Part shown: one piece after another, positions 37,501 to 50,039 of the stretch
How the letters are laid out: the number at the start of each line of letters is the position of its first letter
Numbering within the stretch: position 1 is the stretch's first letter
Source of the DNA: Heterodontus francisci
Lineage: Eukaryota
Length of the DNA stretch: 64,000 nt
NCBI RefSeq assembly: GCF_036365525.1
Contig: NC_090387.1
Span: 76,135,300 to 76,199,299 of the forward strand
Direction of reading: 5' to 3'
Made by a program: the position numbers and the translations under genes
Notes under the pieces: generated by a model
Told to the model about the DNA's origin: nothing
Databases searched by the model: none
What the model saw: only the letters and a program-made list of their open reading frames with translations

Positions 37501-40500
37501 CCTTCTGATACCCCGCAGTGGCGTTGCACCAACGGAGGAGACCTTGCCTTTTTGTGAGAGTGTAAAACAGGGTTGTCCAACCTATTCTCGTGACGTTGGG
37601 GGGTGGGGGGGGGGGGGGGGGTTGGGACGGGGCAGCACAACACAATTTTTGTCTTACGTAGGGGGCCGGTGAAACAATTTCGGAAAGGTAAAGGCATTAA
37701 AATTATCTTATTCTTAATCAAAACAACAATAAATGTGCATTTTTGTGAGGAAGCTTTAAATAAGATTAATTTATTGACTTACTTTCTCATCACTATGTTG
37801 GACACTGATTTAGTGAGATACCTGACATTTTTTGCTTGCATAGGTAGTCAATGTTTGTCTGCACACCTGTTGTAGTGATGTGGAGTATTCTGGATGGATG
37901 TCCATCTGTCAGGAATGACCTTGATCACTCTTTCTCCCTCTCCCTGTCTCTCTCTCTCTCCCTGTGACCCCCTCTCTGTTTTCTCCTGCTCTGTGTTGTC
38001 TCTCCCCCGGTGTTGTCCTTGCTGTCTGTGTCCCCCCTCGCTGCACCCCTCTTTCCCTGGCGCCCCCTCTCTCACCGCTCTCTCTCAGCCCCCCTTCTCT
38101 CTCTGCCAATTGCAGAGCAGCTTTGTGGTTGGTCAGGAATAGCGGTTTCCGAGCTTAGCACGACCTCAGGTTTTTTCGGTGCCCGCCGGAAAACCCTGAA
38201 TCTGTCCTAAGTTCGGAAACCGCTATTCCGCCTCGCAGCACCTGTCAGCTGTGAAACTGACGCGATTAAAAAAAAAACCGGTCTGGAAGAAGAAGCCAAT
38301 GAAAAAATTCTTATCTCCGAAATTAGCAGTCACGCACCCCTGGCGAGGATGAGGAACGGCCCGGTACTGTTTACATCCGCTGGCCGAACCTTTGAAGGGC
38401 CGGATCTTGGCCAGCCGGCAGCATGTTGGATAACCCTGGTATGAAACATGTAACAGAGAGTGGGCAATCCACTGTACATCTCATAATTAGAATGGAATTA
38501 AAATCCGGAAGAGATGTAAAATAGGTTGCCTCTACCAATTCGATATCACCCATTTTACATTATGGCAGAAAGACAAAATTTACTTCGAAGTGTTTGCACT
38601 TCAAAATCTGGACCCCAAATGATAGTAAAAAAAATGTGCAACACATCAACAATTCCGGGTGTTGCAAAATAAAAGTGAAAATGTCGAACGAACAGTTGGA
38701 ATGGGAAGGTGAAATATTTGCATTTCAAAATCCGGTATATATGGTCATATTCAACTATCAATCATATAAAGCTCTTATTCTATCAATTCTTTATTCTTCT
38801 ACAATGAATGACGATTCACCTGACCTTTCTCTATTGTAAAAATACAACTGGACCTTAGAAAATAAAAGTATTCGACGGAATAAGAAATATTCTTACCATC
38901 TGATGCCTTTAATTTGAGTCTGGTCAAAATTATTATGAATAATAAAATTGCCAGTATGCCACCTGCACATCCAAAAATCAGCGGAAATTTATTATCAGTA
39001 CCTGCAGGGTCAACAGATAATTGAAATAAGAAACTGTAGAGCACAGCGAAACATATACACAGAGAATCGTGGGTCACGCAAGGGAGGACGAGTTGCAAAG
39101 GTGTCTCTTAGAATAATGGCGTCTACAGTCAGTGGGGCTGGACCCCTTTTATTTCTAAGGGCAGTATATTATAATGTGCACCAAACAATGGCAACTGTAA
39201 TCCAGAAATGAAATTTATGGAGAAAACAAATCCTATTCCATAAAGGCACAGGAAGCTTCTCTCTGCACGTGAGGGTTGTTTATTAAGAGTAAAGGGAGTT
39301 ACACTTTTTTACTTTTTGTTTATTCATTCATGGGATGTGGGCGTCGCTGGCCAGGCCAGCATTTATTGCCCATCCCAAATTGCCCTTGAGAAGGTGGTGT
39401 TGAGCTGCTTTCTTGAACCGCTGCAGTCCGTGTGGGGTAGTTACACTTATAGTGCTGTTAGCAAGGGAGTTTCAGAATTTTGTCCCAGTGACAGTGAAGG
39501 AACAGCAATATAGTTCCAAGTCAGGATGGTGTGTGACTTGGAGGGGAACTTGCAGATGGTGGTGTTCCCATGTATTTGCTGCCCTTGTCCTTCAAGTTGG
39601 TAGAGGTCGCGGGTTTGGAAGGTGCTGTCTCAGGAGCCTTGGTGCATTGCTGCAGTGCATCTTGCAGATGGTAAACACCACTGCCACTGTGTGTCGGTGG
39701 TGGAGGGAGTGAATGTTTGTAGGTGGGGTGCCAATCAAGTGGGCTGCTTTGTCCTGGATGGTGTCGAGCTTCTTGAGTGTTGTTGGAGCTGTACCCATCC
39801 AGGCAAGTGGAAATTATTCCATCACACTCCTGACGCGCCTTGTAGATCGTGGACAGGCTTTGGGGAGTCAGGAGGTGAGTTACTCGCTGCATGATTCCTA
39901 GCCTCTGACCTGCTCTTGCAACCACGGTATTTATATGGCTACTCCAGTTCAGCTTCTGGTCAATGGTAGCCCCTAGGATGTTGATAGTGGGGGATTCAAC
40001 GATGGTAATGCCATTGAATGTCAAGGGGTGATGGTTAGATTCTCTCTTGTTGGAGATGGTCATTGCCTGGCACTTGTGTGGCACGAATGTTACTTGCCAC
40101 TTATCAGCCCAAGCCTGGATATTGTCCAAGTCTTGCTGCATTTCTACATGGACTGCTTCAGTAGCTGAGGAGTCACGGATGGTGCTGAACATTGTGCAAT
40201 CATCAACAAACATCCCCACTTCTGACCTTATGATTGAAGGAAAGTCATTGATGAAGCAGCTGAAGATGGTTGGGCCTAGGACACTACCCTGAGGAACTCC
40301 TGCAGTGATGTCCTGGAGCTCAGAAGATTGACCTCCAACAACCACAACCATCTTCCTTTGTGCTAGGTATGACTCCAGCCAGCAGAGGGTTTTCCTCCTG
40401 ATTCCCATTGACTTCAGTTTTGCTAGGGCTCCTTGATGCCATACTCTGTCAAATGCTGCCTTGATGTCAAGGGCACTCACTCTCACCTCACCTCTTGAGT

Positions 40501-43500
40501 TCAGCACTTTCGTCCATGTTTGAACCAAGGCTGTAATGAGGTCAGGAGCTGAGTGGCCCTGGCGGAATCCAAACTGAGCATCACTGAGCAGGTTATTGCT
40601 AAGCAAGTGCCGCTTGATAGCACTGTTGATGACACCTTCCATCACTTTACTGATGATTGAGAGTAGGCTGATGGGCAGCAATTGGCCAGGTTGGACTTGT
40701 CCTGCTTTTTATGTACAGGACATACCTGGGTAAGTTTCCACATTGCAGGGTAGATGCCAGTGTTGTAGCTGTACTGGAACAGCTTGGCTCGGGGTGCGGC
40801 AAGTTCTGGAGCACAGGTCTTCAATACTATTGCTGGAATATTGTCAGGGCCCATAGTCTTTGCAGTATCCAGTGTCTTTAGTCGTTTCTTGATATCACGC
40901 AGAGTGAATCGAATTGGCTGAAGTCTGGCATCTGTGATGGTGGGGACTTCAGGAAGAGGCCGAGATGAATCATCAACTTGGCACTTCTGGCTGAAGATTG
41001 TTGCAAATGCTTCAGCCTTATCTTTTGCACTGATGTGCTGGGCTCCCCCATCATTGAGGATGGGGAGGCACCTCCTCCAGTTAGTTGGTTAATTGTCCAC
41101 CACCATTCACGGCTGGATGTGGCAGGACTGCAGAGCTTAGATATGATCCGTTGGTTATGGGATTGCTTAACTCTGTCTATTGCATGCTGCTTACGCAGTT
41201 TGGCATGCAGATAGCCCTGTGTTGTAGTTTCATCAGTTTGACACCTCATTTTGAGGTATGCCGAGTGCTGCTCCTGGCATGCTCTCATGCACTCTTCATT
41301 GAACCAGGGTTGGTTGCCTGACTTGATGGTAATGTTAGAGTGGGGGATATGCCGGGCCATGAGGTTACAGATTGTGGCTGAGTACAATTCTGCTGCTGCT
41401 GATGGCCCACAGCGCCTCCTGGATGCCCAGTTTTGCGTTGCTAGATCTGTTCGAAATCTATCCCATTTAGCACGGTGGTAGTGCCACAAAACACGATGGA
41501 GAGTATCCTCAATGTGAAGGTGGGACTTAGTCTCCTACCAATACTGTCATGGACAGATGCAATTGCGGCAGGCAGATTGGTGAGGAAGAGGTCAAGTATG
41601 TTTTCCCCTCTTGTTGGTTCCGTCACCACCTGCCGCATACCCAGTCTAGCAGATATGTCCTTTAGCACTCGGCCAGCTCAGTCAGTAGTGGTGCAACCGA
41701 GCCACTCTTGGTGATGGACATTGAAGTCCCCTACCCAGAGTACATTCTGTGCCCTCGCCACCCTCAGTGCTTCCTCCAAGTGTTGTTCAACATGGAGGAG
41801 TGCTGACTCATCAGCTAAGGGAGGGTGGTAGGTGGTAATCAACAGGAGCTTTCCTTGTCCATGTTTGATCTGATGCCATGAGACTTCATGGGGTCTAGAG
41901 TCGATGTTGAGGACTCTCAGGGCAACTCCCTCCCTACTGTATACCACTGTGCCGCCACCTCTGCTGGGTCTGTCCTGCCAGTGGGACAGGACATACCCGG
42001 GGATGGTGATGGCAGTTTCTGGGACATTGTCTGTCAGGTATGATTCCATGAGTATGACTATGTCAGGCTGTTGCTTGACTAGTCTGTGGGACAGCTGTCC
42101 CAACTTTGCCACAATCCCCCAGATGTTAGTAAGGAGGACTGTGCAGGGTCGGCCTAGCAGTGCGACACCAGACTGATGCGCAACGGCTGCAAAGGTGGCA
42201 AAGTCTTCCATTCTTCAGCGCTAGCATTCCTCAGCAGTGTTACTAGAGAATACCTGCTGTAAGCTTTAGTAGGTAACAAGCAACTTGCATTTATACAGCA
42301 TCTTTAACACAGTAAAACGTCAAAAGGCACTTCACAGAGAATCACCAAACACAATGTTAAACCGAGCCACATAAGGGGATATTAGGAAAGATGCGGATAG
42401 AGTTCAAGGAGAGTCTTAAACGAGAGAGAAATAGGCAGCCGGAGAAGTCGGGAATTTCAAAGTTTAACAGGTAGACAACTGAAGGCACGGTGTGCAGAGA
42501 ACATTTGAACAGAATGATATTTCCACATATTCAATTTAAATTCACGGGATGTAAAGTGACTCTGGTAGAAACGATCCATTTTATGTGTAGTTTCATTTTA
42601 TTTGGCAAGAATTTGACTAGGAATAATCTTTCAAGTTTTGAGCAGTTGCACATCAACCTCCCGTTTCAGATCGCTTCAGGGAAATACTTTCCTTCCTTCA
42701 CCTACTTGAATATTTTATTTCGTTCCCATAAATGTGGCATTGAGAGTAAATACAGTCCACATTCACTCCGTATCCTCGTGTTTGAACAGTGTTCCAGCTA
42801 CATGTCTAATCAGTAAATACAGATTGAAGTAGTTACCAAGCTCCCCGCTGGATATGTTTTCAAACGTACCTCGATTGACGGTGTAGCTGACGCTAGCAGG
42901 TACCAGAAGAGAGATATGAGATGCCAGACAGGTGTAAACAACTTTCTTCGGGGCAGGTTGTGCTTCTTCCAAAAAACTGGAAACTTCATAAAGTTCTTCC
43001 GTGCTCTTGTTTTTCACAGTTTCTATTCCGCTCAGAATTTCGACACCATCTCTTAACCAGGAGATTTCTAAACGCTCCGGGTAAAAGGCAGCCGTTTTAC
43101 ACTCGAGTTTCAGAGATGTCGCTGAAATTCCTTCAAGAGAAACGATTTTCAGGGGGGTCGGGGGAACTTTAAGAGAAAGAGAAAAAGATTTTTTTTTAAT
43201 TTAATGGAGCGCATTCTAATTTTCTACCCTTCTTATGCTGTTACACCCCTACGGTTACGATAGTTTTCGGTGCTGTCGTTCTTTAAACCTCATGTTTGCA
43301 CTTATTTTGCAAATTGTTGTACGGCACACAGCAAAATGACGGGCTGTATTACAAACGATGCACAAAGAAGATGAATCTCCAAGGGCTGGTTACAATCAGG
43401 GAAGCAGACGCCACTGCTCTGAATGGAAGTATCAGATCCTGGCGCGGGATTGGGGTTAGTAGTAATGATCTCAAGTGAGATTCATGTCCGAATATATCGG

Positions 43501-45944
43501 AGTGAGCGCAAACCAGTTCACACGAACAGTGGAATCGTCTCTCCTTATTCTGTAATCATTGCTGGACTAAACATTTTGTGTGTTTTTTTCCAAAATTGGT
43601 CGTTGTTCGAATATTTCATATATTTCAAAATATTGAGAAGATGATGTGTGTAATCAAAATATCTCTGATGTCGATATTGAATACAGACAGGATGTTGTTA
43701 TATGTACAGATTAGAATCCGTGCATTACAACATTGCAACGTCTATGGTGGAGATTTCAGATTGTGCAGCTTTCACCTGAGGAACTTTCTCTAGAGGGGAA
43801 AGAGGGCTGAAACATTTTTCACCTTATGAAAGGGTTATATTGGTAATTATATATCAATGTGTAGATCACAACATCCATACAGAAGAGGGAAACAGAATGG
43901 GAAATCCTAACTCAGAGTGCATGTTTTATATAATTCCAGGGTTTTCGCCTTTCTCCAAGTTCATTCGGTTTGTTTAACACGTTTTGCCTCGAGAAGATTC
44001 TGCTTATATCAGTCCTACATTAACCATTTACTAATGCGAACCAGAGTCCGCTCGATCTACAGTCACTGTTTAGCTGGAAGGACAGGCCCTTTATTAGGTT
44101 TGCATTGTTTTGCCAATTTATTACCATCTCCTTAACATTTTTTCTTTCCACATTTACTTTTCCGACGTTGTAGTAATAGAAAATGATTAAATTAGGGACA
44201 TTATTAACTTGCAAAATTATATTAGCCTTTATTCCAAACAAAGGCTCAATATTCCTTCATTCTTTTACCATGGATCTGCTTTCGAGATAATATGTGATGC
44301 GGTAGAATTGCAGTGGCGGAGGGCGGTGTTCTTTTGATCTCTTGCCGTAATTCCGTGTGGGGTTTGGGAGTGTAAATGGAAATCATGAATGACAAATACG
44401 GGAGCCCAGGCGTTTTTGCAAATGCTCGGTGATATCCTTCCAGTATTTGACGGGTTGAGAGTGTATTAAAGAAAGTCCAATTGGCGTACGACAGAAGTTC
44501 AAACACGGGCATTGGGTAGCTTCACTGTTCAGCAAGCTGGGCTGGAATCCAGCATTGAGGGCAGGATCAACACCTCCCTTCTCACTGAGTTGTAGGAATC
44601 ATTTGTGAAAAGAATTTGGTAACTCAAGCAAGTTATCAAAGGACACAAGTGCACAGCATAAATTGCGGACAGAGGAACAGGAGTAGGCTATTCAACCCCT
44701 CGAGCTTGCTGTACCATTCATTTAGATTATGATTGATTCGCACATTAACTCCATTTTACCGACTTAATTCCTTTCCCTTGAGATCCATACCTGCAAATAT
44801 CTATCCACCTCAAATATCGGACAACTTGGTATAGAAAGTATTAGGTCGGCAATTTTGAGCAGTGGAAAGTTATCTGGTGCGAAAAATACGCACGGCGGTA
44901 GTAGGAAAGTGTTCACCTGAGTTTGTGACCTTGTCGGGGCGGATTAGATGGTCTTTAATGTTGTATAAAAGACTTGACCGAGGTGGTGTTAAAATTGTTC
45001 CCATTGTTGCACTTTGGCACCGTTATTTTGGTGATCTTATCCTGGCCATCTTATCCTATTGATTAATTTCAAATTAAGCTAAAACATTTTTTTCACTACC
45101 TTGGCTTAATAACAATTGTAACTGCACCAAAAGCACTCATTGGGTGAAAAACACTTTGGAGTGTTATGAGGACAACGAGTGGGTGAAATTGGTCTTTAGG
45201 CAGTAGCGCAAAACTGGCGATAGTGAATCGGCGGTCGTTGTACACCGGGGTCAATGGAAAAGAAAGTCCCGAGATGTGTAAAACGAATTTGTTATCAGCA
45301 AATTTTCTTCCAGTGAAATTCCATATATTGCACACAGCTGAAAAAGTCCCACTCCCTGGTACAATGACACTTACCGTACACAGTAAGCTGGGAACCACTT
45401 CCATCTCCAATAGATTCTTGCTGTTTTACTTTACAGTAATACACTCCAGAATCGGCAACACTCGCATTCAGAACATCAAATGAACTACTTCCCTTTTTTA
45501 CATTAAATCGCTTTCTGCTGTCTGGTTCCAGAAACGATTCCTCGCCGCGTTTCCACCAAAAAACATCAGGAGTATTTTGAAATAGGGGGAATGTACAGAA
45601 CATGGAAACATTCGCGCCTCTGACAACCTTCAAGAATTTAGGGAACTGATCCACTTTGTTCGAAGTTACTTCAGCGGCTATTAGAAAATAAACAAGAACG
45701 GTGGTAACAGTTGCATACATTAGATAAAGAAAATTAACTAAGAGAAATAAGAAACAAGAACCATTAAAAACACCAACAAGCGAATTGGAGAAACACAGTA
45801 TGTAATTTTGCAATGCATAACAATTGTAGAATCTTCTAAAATATGATTTAAGCTATTCTGAAACGGCTGCATATACTAACTAAAGGTACCTGGCCAAACA
45901 ATTCCCAAAAGAGCCATGTACTGAACTGAAGCTCTCAACGACAT
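34475..45944 (-). CDS. Gene A: type I IgSF receptor, L-VJ-C1-TM-cytoplasmic tail (SIRP/NKp30-like architecture). Exons 45890-45944, 45375-45677, 42870-43166, 38897-39001, 37285-37328, 35797-35889, 35354-35446, 34475-34597
   Basis: All 7 introns are GT..AG with compatible phases (1,1,1,1,0,0,0). The ORF is open for 319 aa up to TGA TAG in exon 7; skipping the 93-nt exon 7 gives 339 aa ending at TGA 34475-34477. Confidence 0.88.
34844..34880 (+). ncRNA. Minimal type I hammerhead ribozyme motif at the 5' end of a short Penelope-like element (34844-34967)
   Basis: AGUU-CUGAUGA-A-AGGUC(ACA)GACCU-GAAACGUU-AACU: conserved core, helix II, helix I AGUU/AACU, palindromic helix III. Flanked by the 15-bp direct repeat tataaaattagttct (34835-34849, 34968-34982). 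Confidence 0.7.
35354..35446 (-). CDS. Gene A exon 7, cytoplasmic with two in-frame stops: TKQKYPYATDETRTRSNAKH**KEQSTVYAK
   Basis: Acceptor ctgttttacag, donor AAG|gtacag, 93 nt, phase 0-0. Ends TVYxK like exon 6 and starts TKQ like exon 8. TGA TAG at 35386-35381. Confidence 0.75.
35797..35889 (-). CDS. Gene A exon 6, cytoplasmic VRQVRSELLNFRDDKGPPKRRYEIEHTVYPK
   Basis: Acceptor cttgtttctacag, donor AAG|gtaggg, 93 nt, phase 0-0. Confidence 0.8.
36600..37190 (+). mobile_element. Degraded CR1 3' fragment
   Basis: agacctcagctggaacattgtgttctattctgggca..ttggagagggttcaaaggagattt. Confidence 0.8.
37285..37328 (-). CDS. Gene A exon 5, membrane-proximal cytoplasmic GSKNISEEAGHAEER
   Basis: Strong acceptor cttctctttccctcag, donor gtaggg. 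The 44-nt exon converts phase 1 to 0, as the next exons require. Confidence 0.75.
37568..38438. mobile_element. Non-autonomous hAT-type DNA transposon (MITE) in gene A intron 4
   Basis: 14-bp TIRs cagggttgtccaac / gttggataaccctg (13/14 match); 8-bp flanks gtgtaaaa / gtatgaaa (6/8), consistent with a decayed hAT TSD. Confidence 0.7.
38897..39001 (-). CDS. Gene A exon 4, transmembrane
   Basis: GTDNKFPLIFGCAGGILAILLFIIILTRLKLKASD: uncharged hydrophobic span followed by basic stop-transfer residues. Acceptor ccctgcag, donor gtaaga. Confidence 0.9.
39306..42150 (-). mobile_element. CR1/L2-group LINE with near-complete degraded ORF2 (APE endonuclease + RT), in gene A intron 3
   Basis: Frameshifted ORFs with GDFNVHH (APE), LDIKAAFD, GVPQGSVLGP and MFVDD; A-rich 3' end at ~39306-39325. 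Confidence 0.9.
42870..43166 (-). CDS. Gene A exon 3, Ig C1-set domain
   Basis: VPPTPLKIVSLEGISATSLKLECKTAAFYPERLEISWLRDGVEILSGIETVKNKSTEELYEVSSFLEEAQPAPKKVVYTCLASHISLLVPASVSYTVNR: C1 hallmarks LxCxxxxFYP, W, YxCxxxHxxL. Acceptor ctttctcttaaag, donor gtacgt, 297 nt. Confidence 0.93.
45375..45677 (-). CDS. Gene A exon 2, VJ-type Ig domain
   Basis: AEVTSNKVDQFPKFLKVVRGANVSMFCTFPLFQNTPDVFWWKRGEESFLEPDSRKRFNVKKGSSSFDVLNASVADSGVYYCKVKQQESIGDGSGSQLTVY: Cys-Trp-Cys triad, DSGVYYC, J-like GxGSQLTV. Acceptor ttttctaatag, donor gtaagt, 303 nt, phase 1-1. Confidence 0.95.
45890..45944 (-). CDS. Gene A exon 1, signal peptide MSLRASVQYMALLGIVWP
   Basis: ATG at 45944, hydrophobic stretch, phase-1 donor CCAG|gtacct (gene B has the homologous CCAG|gtatac). 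An alternative phase-1 donor gttagt would end the exon at 45881. Confidence 0.7.
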
Positions 45945-46584
45945 GTTGCAAATCAAACGTCAGTTAGCCACTTGGTGTGAATGAGAATGGTAACCTGAAT
46001 GGTTTGGGCAAGAAATGGATTTGATAGATAAATATATGAAACATGTGACCATGCCATGAGGTGTCACATGGCTACGACAACGTATTGAGTCCGTTTCCGT
46101 ATACTTCTGCGTGGGAGTCTGTGAAGTAGGAGGTCACCTGCTGGCTGAAAAGTTTCCATCGAGAAAACAATGCTTTTACAGCCGCTCCCGGCACTTCGAT
46201 CCGACAATCTTCTATTCCAACACCTGTCTTTGATCCTCTTCTCAATCCTGAAAATGACAATTCAGGCCGCAGTCGCGTCCGCCCACACCTCATCTCAAGG
46301 ATTCTTCTTCATGCAGCAGCATGGTCAGTGAGAGGGGCAAATAGTTAGACCTGGGCGCTCAGAGTCTAGTGCGATCGTGATCTCTCCCAGCCTCCATGCA
46401 ACCGGACTTCTAGCAAGAGTCACTGGAATAGAAATTCTAATCAAAAGCCCCGTTCATCGCTCTTTCTCCACTCCAAAGCTGCTGAGGCCTATTTTAGCCT
46501 CATCCAAGACAGAGATGAAATTTTGGATCTGTACCCACATAGCTCAATGTTACAGTTATTCCCCCCACCCCCCAAAAAATGCTT

Positions 46585-47130
46585 TATTCATAACAATTTG
46601 CAAAAATACATTACATAACAGTTCAAAACTGCTCCAATTTCACATTTCGGGAAGTACAATCGAGATCAAATTTATTCAATGCAGAAAACATGAAGTGCCT
46701 CGCAATTCTTGTGATTCCATTTTAAATGCAATGTTCATTGGCATTATATAGCAAAGAACATTTTGTTGCCTACAGCCGGAGGGGTTTTACTCAGGTTCCA
46801 GGCCCTCAGTATACTATGACTGGAGGACCTTACACAGTGCCTTTCCCCATTGAGCCTTTGTAGCGGCTGCCCCAAGCTTTAGTGCATCCCTCAGCACATC
46901 GACCTGGACCTTGGAACGTGCCAGACTGCAACACTCGGTGGTGGACAACTCTTCGCTCTGGAAGACCAGAGTGCGTCCTTCACCCAGCTGATGGTCCTCC
47001 GGCAATAGGTGATGTTTATCTCGGTGTGCGTCCCTGGAAAAGCTCGTAGAGAATAGAGTCTTCTGTCACAATGTTGCTCAGGATGAACCTCGACAAAAAA
47101 CACTGCATCTCTTTTCAGACCTGCTTTATA
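46585..47130 (-). mobile_element. 3' remnant of an L1/Tx1-type non-LTR element
   Basis: Fragments VKDALWS and ECCSLARSKVQ..VLRDALKLGAAA.KAQWGK resemble Tx1-type ORF2 C-termini as I recall them; AT-rich 3' UTR. Confidence 0.55.
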
Positions 47131-47449
47131 AAGTTCAGCAAGCTTGAAATGCAGCAAGGAATATTCACGTTAACTGCAGATGGAACTGAGAGGAGAAACT
47201 GACTAGAATGACCACATTTAACTGATTGTAAGAAGAAAGGTGATTTCAATGGAAGTGAGGCCCATCATTCACAGCTTGTTGTAAGTTCCAGTTTCCAAAT
47301 CTGCTCTGCGTTGAGTTAGTTGATCTGAAGCAGGAGGTGAAAATCATTCAGGAGTCTTGTTTCTAACTGTCGATCAGTTGAGCTGTATGAACCTTTGGTA
47401 GTAGCAGGACGGGGCTAGGCTGTAACTCATTTTCCCCCAAACGTCAGAT

Positions 47450-49065
47450 CCTCTGATTTTTTTGCCAATCACCTTAAATTTCTGCCATCTGATTACTGAC
47501 CCTTCTGCCACTGTGAACCGTTTCTCCTTATTTGCGCTATCAAAACTGTTCATAGTTTTGAACTCCACTATCAAATCTCTTAACCTTCATGACTGTAAGG
47601 AGAACAACCCTAGCTTCTCTAGTCTTTCCATATACCTAATGTCCCCCAACCCTGGTACCATTCTAATAAATCTCTTCTTCACCTCCTAAGTCATTGACAT
47701 CCTTCCCAAAGTGTGGTGCCCAGATTTGAACATGCCTCCAGCTGAGGCCTAGCTAGTACTTTATCAAGGTTTAGTATAACTTCCTTGCCTTGTACGTCCC
47801 TTTTGATGAAGCCAAGGATCCCTGTATTTTTTAACAGCCTTCTCATTTGTCCTGCTACCTTCAAAAAAATATTCATACAACCCCAGATCTTTACTTTCAT
47901 TGAAATCTCCTTTCCCTTTGCAATCAGTAAAATGGGAGTCATTCTCCTCATAGTTCCATCTTTAGGTAGGGTTGGAATGATAGCAGGCCTCTAGAGTGAA
48001 CATAAAAGTCGGTGTCCTTACATCTGAACCAATTAGGGACAGAGTACTGAAAGTTATTCTATTAAACTGCATTGAGTGTTGTGGTTTGGTCACGGATGAA
48101 TATGAATTCACTATAGCTGTTAGTTATATAATAATGTAATAAAACAGATAGTACTCCTATTTGCTCCAGTTTGTTCTGAAGGAGCGAACTGGTGGTAGCA
48201 GGTTGATTGATGAAGCTTGATTGTTCACCTTAATTGTCTTCTCTCATTGAAACCCAACAACTGGCTAGCTCTTCGCTCTTAAATATGAATACAAACATAC
48301 ATACAAGCATATGAATTAGGAGCAGGTGTAGGCCATTCAGTCCCTCAAGCCTGCTCTTCCATTTGATAATTTCATGGCTGCTCTGATTCTGACCTCAACT
48401 CTACTTTCTTGTCTACCCACTATACCCTCTGACTCCTTTGTCAGTCAAGAATCTATCTAATTTAGCCTTAAAAATATTCAATGACCCTGCATCCATTACT
48501 GTCTGAGGAAGAGAATTCCACAGACTAAGGACACTCTGAGAGAGAAAAAAAATCACATCTCCGTCTTAAATTGGAGACCCCCTGTTTTTAAACTGTGTCC
48601 CCTTGTTCTAGTCTCTCCCACAAGGGGAAACATCCTCTCAGCATCCATCCTGTCAAGTCCTTTCAGGATCGTGTATGTTTCAATAAGATCACCTCTCATT
48701 CTTCTAAACTCTAATGGATACAGGCCCAACCTGTCCAACCTTTCCTCATAAGATAACGCCTTCATCCGTGGAATTAGTCGAATGAACCTTCTCTGAACTG
48801 CTTCTAATGCAATTATATTCTTTCTTAAATAAGGAGACCAAAACTGTACACAGTACTCCAGATGTGGTCTCACCAACACCCTGTACAACTGTAGCAAAAC
48901 TTCCTTTCTTTTATACTCAATTCCCATTGCAATAAATGAGAACATTCCACTTGCCTTCCTAATCACTTGCTGTACCTGCATACTAACATTTTGCGATTCA
49001 TGTGTTCGGACACCCTCTGTACCATAGAATTCTGCAATCTCTCGACATTTAAGAATATACTGCTA
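47450..49065 (-). mobile_element. Two CR1 3' fragments (47450-47870, 48290-49065)
   Basis: ORF 48553-48981 RPHLEYCVQFWSPYLRK. Confidence 0.82.
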
Positions 49066-50039
49066 TTATTCCCATAGCAGTATACAATGAAGAACTCCGA
49101 GGGCCATCGCTGGAGCAGGGTCGAAGCTCCACAACACCATTCTGAGTGAGTATTGCAGTTGTTTGTGATGTTTCTCGTGATTGCTACTGAAATTCTGAAG
49201 GCAAGGACAAAGCTGCATGGTATTGTGCATTAGGAAACCTTGTAGTGGGTTACTAAACAGAGAAGAGCACAAGTATAGGCCAGAGATCAAGAATATCTCA
49301 TACAACAGAGAACTTGGATTAATGAAAATAAAATCCTGAATATTGGAAACATGAATTTAAAGCTAAAGTATTGGAAGTACATTAATGACCTCCCAGCATC
49401 TGTAGAAAAAGTCATGAGTCACAGCAGGATTGGCAACTGTAGTTTGATGCATTCCTGGAGATTCGATCATGTGACATTGCTCATGTGATTTTTGATCACA
49501 TAGGAACAAGAGTCAGCTATTTAGCTGTTCCAGCATGTTCTGCCATTCAATGAGATCCTAACTGATCTGTAACCTAACACCTTACACCTGATGATATTTG
49601 ATCACGTGACACTGGCTCACTGTTTGTAGATGTTATTGCATTTACATTAATTGAGTTTCTATCACCAAGCCCTGAATAAAATATTTTATTTTTTGTTTTA
49701 TGGTGATGTGAGTATTGTAATTCATAAATCAAAGAAAGCACTCACAAGAACAGAAACATTTAAGAGTAAAGAATTTTTAAATAAAAGCTGTTCCTGTGAT
49801 GTTTCTACTGTGTCAACCACAATAAAAAAAAATTAGTAAATACTGCTAATTCAACAATAACATAATTAATATAAGTAACTTCTAACTAAAGTTATCATGC
49901 ATTTTATGACGTTTTACAATACATAGCAAGTTATAACAGCAATAAATAAAACAAAATCAAAAGCTAATTTAATTCACTAAGTCCCACACCCCACTGCTGA
50001 GGCCCAGCTTCAGGGAGCAGAGGCTCAGTTCTCAGTTCA

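Noticed and set aside
37848-38210. Cluster of overlapping ORFs
   Set aside because: CT-rich simple repeat inside the MITE.
45295-45813. 172-aa single-exon ORF with a hydrophobic N-terminus
   Set aside because: This is read-through of intron sequence around the V exon; canonical splice sites define 45375-45677.
42870-45944. Germline-joined Ig light chain or TCR gene
   Set aside because: The V has WWKR rather than WYxQ and a short inter-Cys span. C1 splices to a neutral TM and a long tyrosine-motif tail, unlike IgL or TCR.
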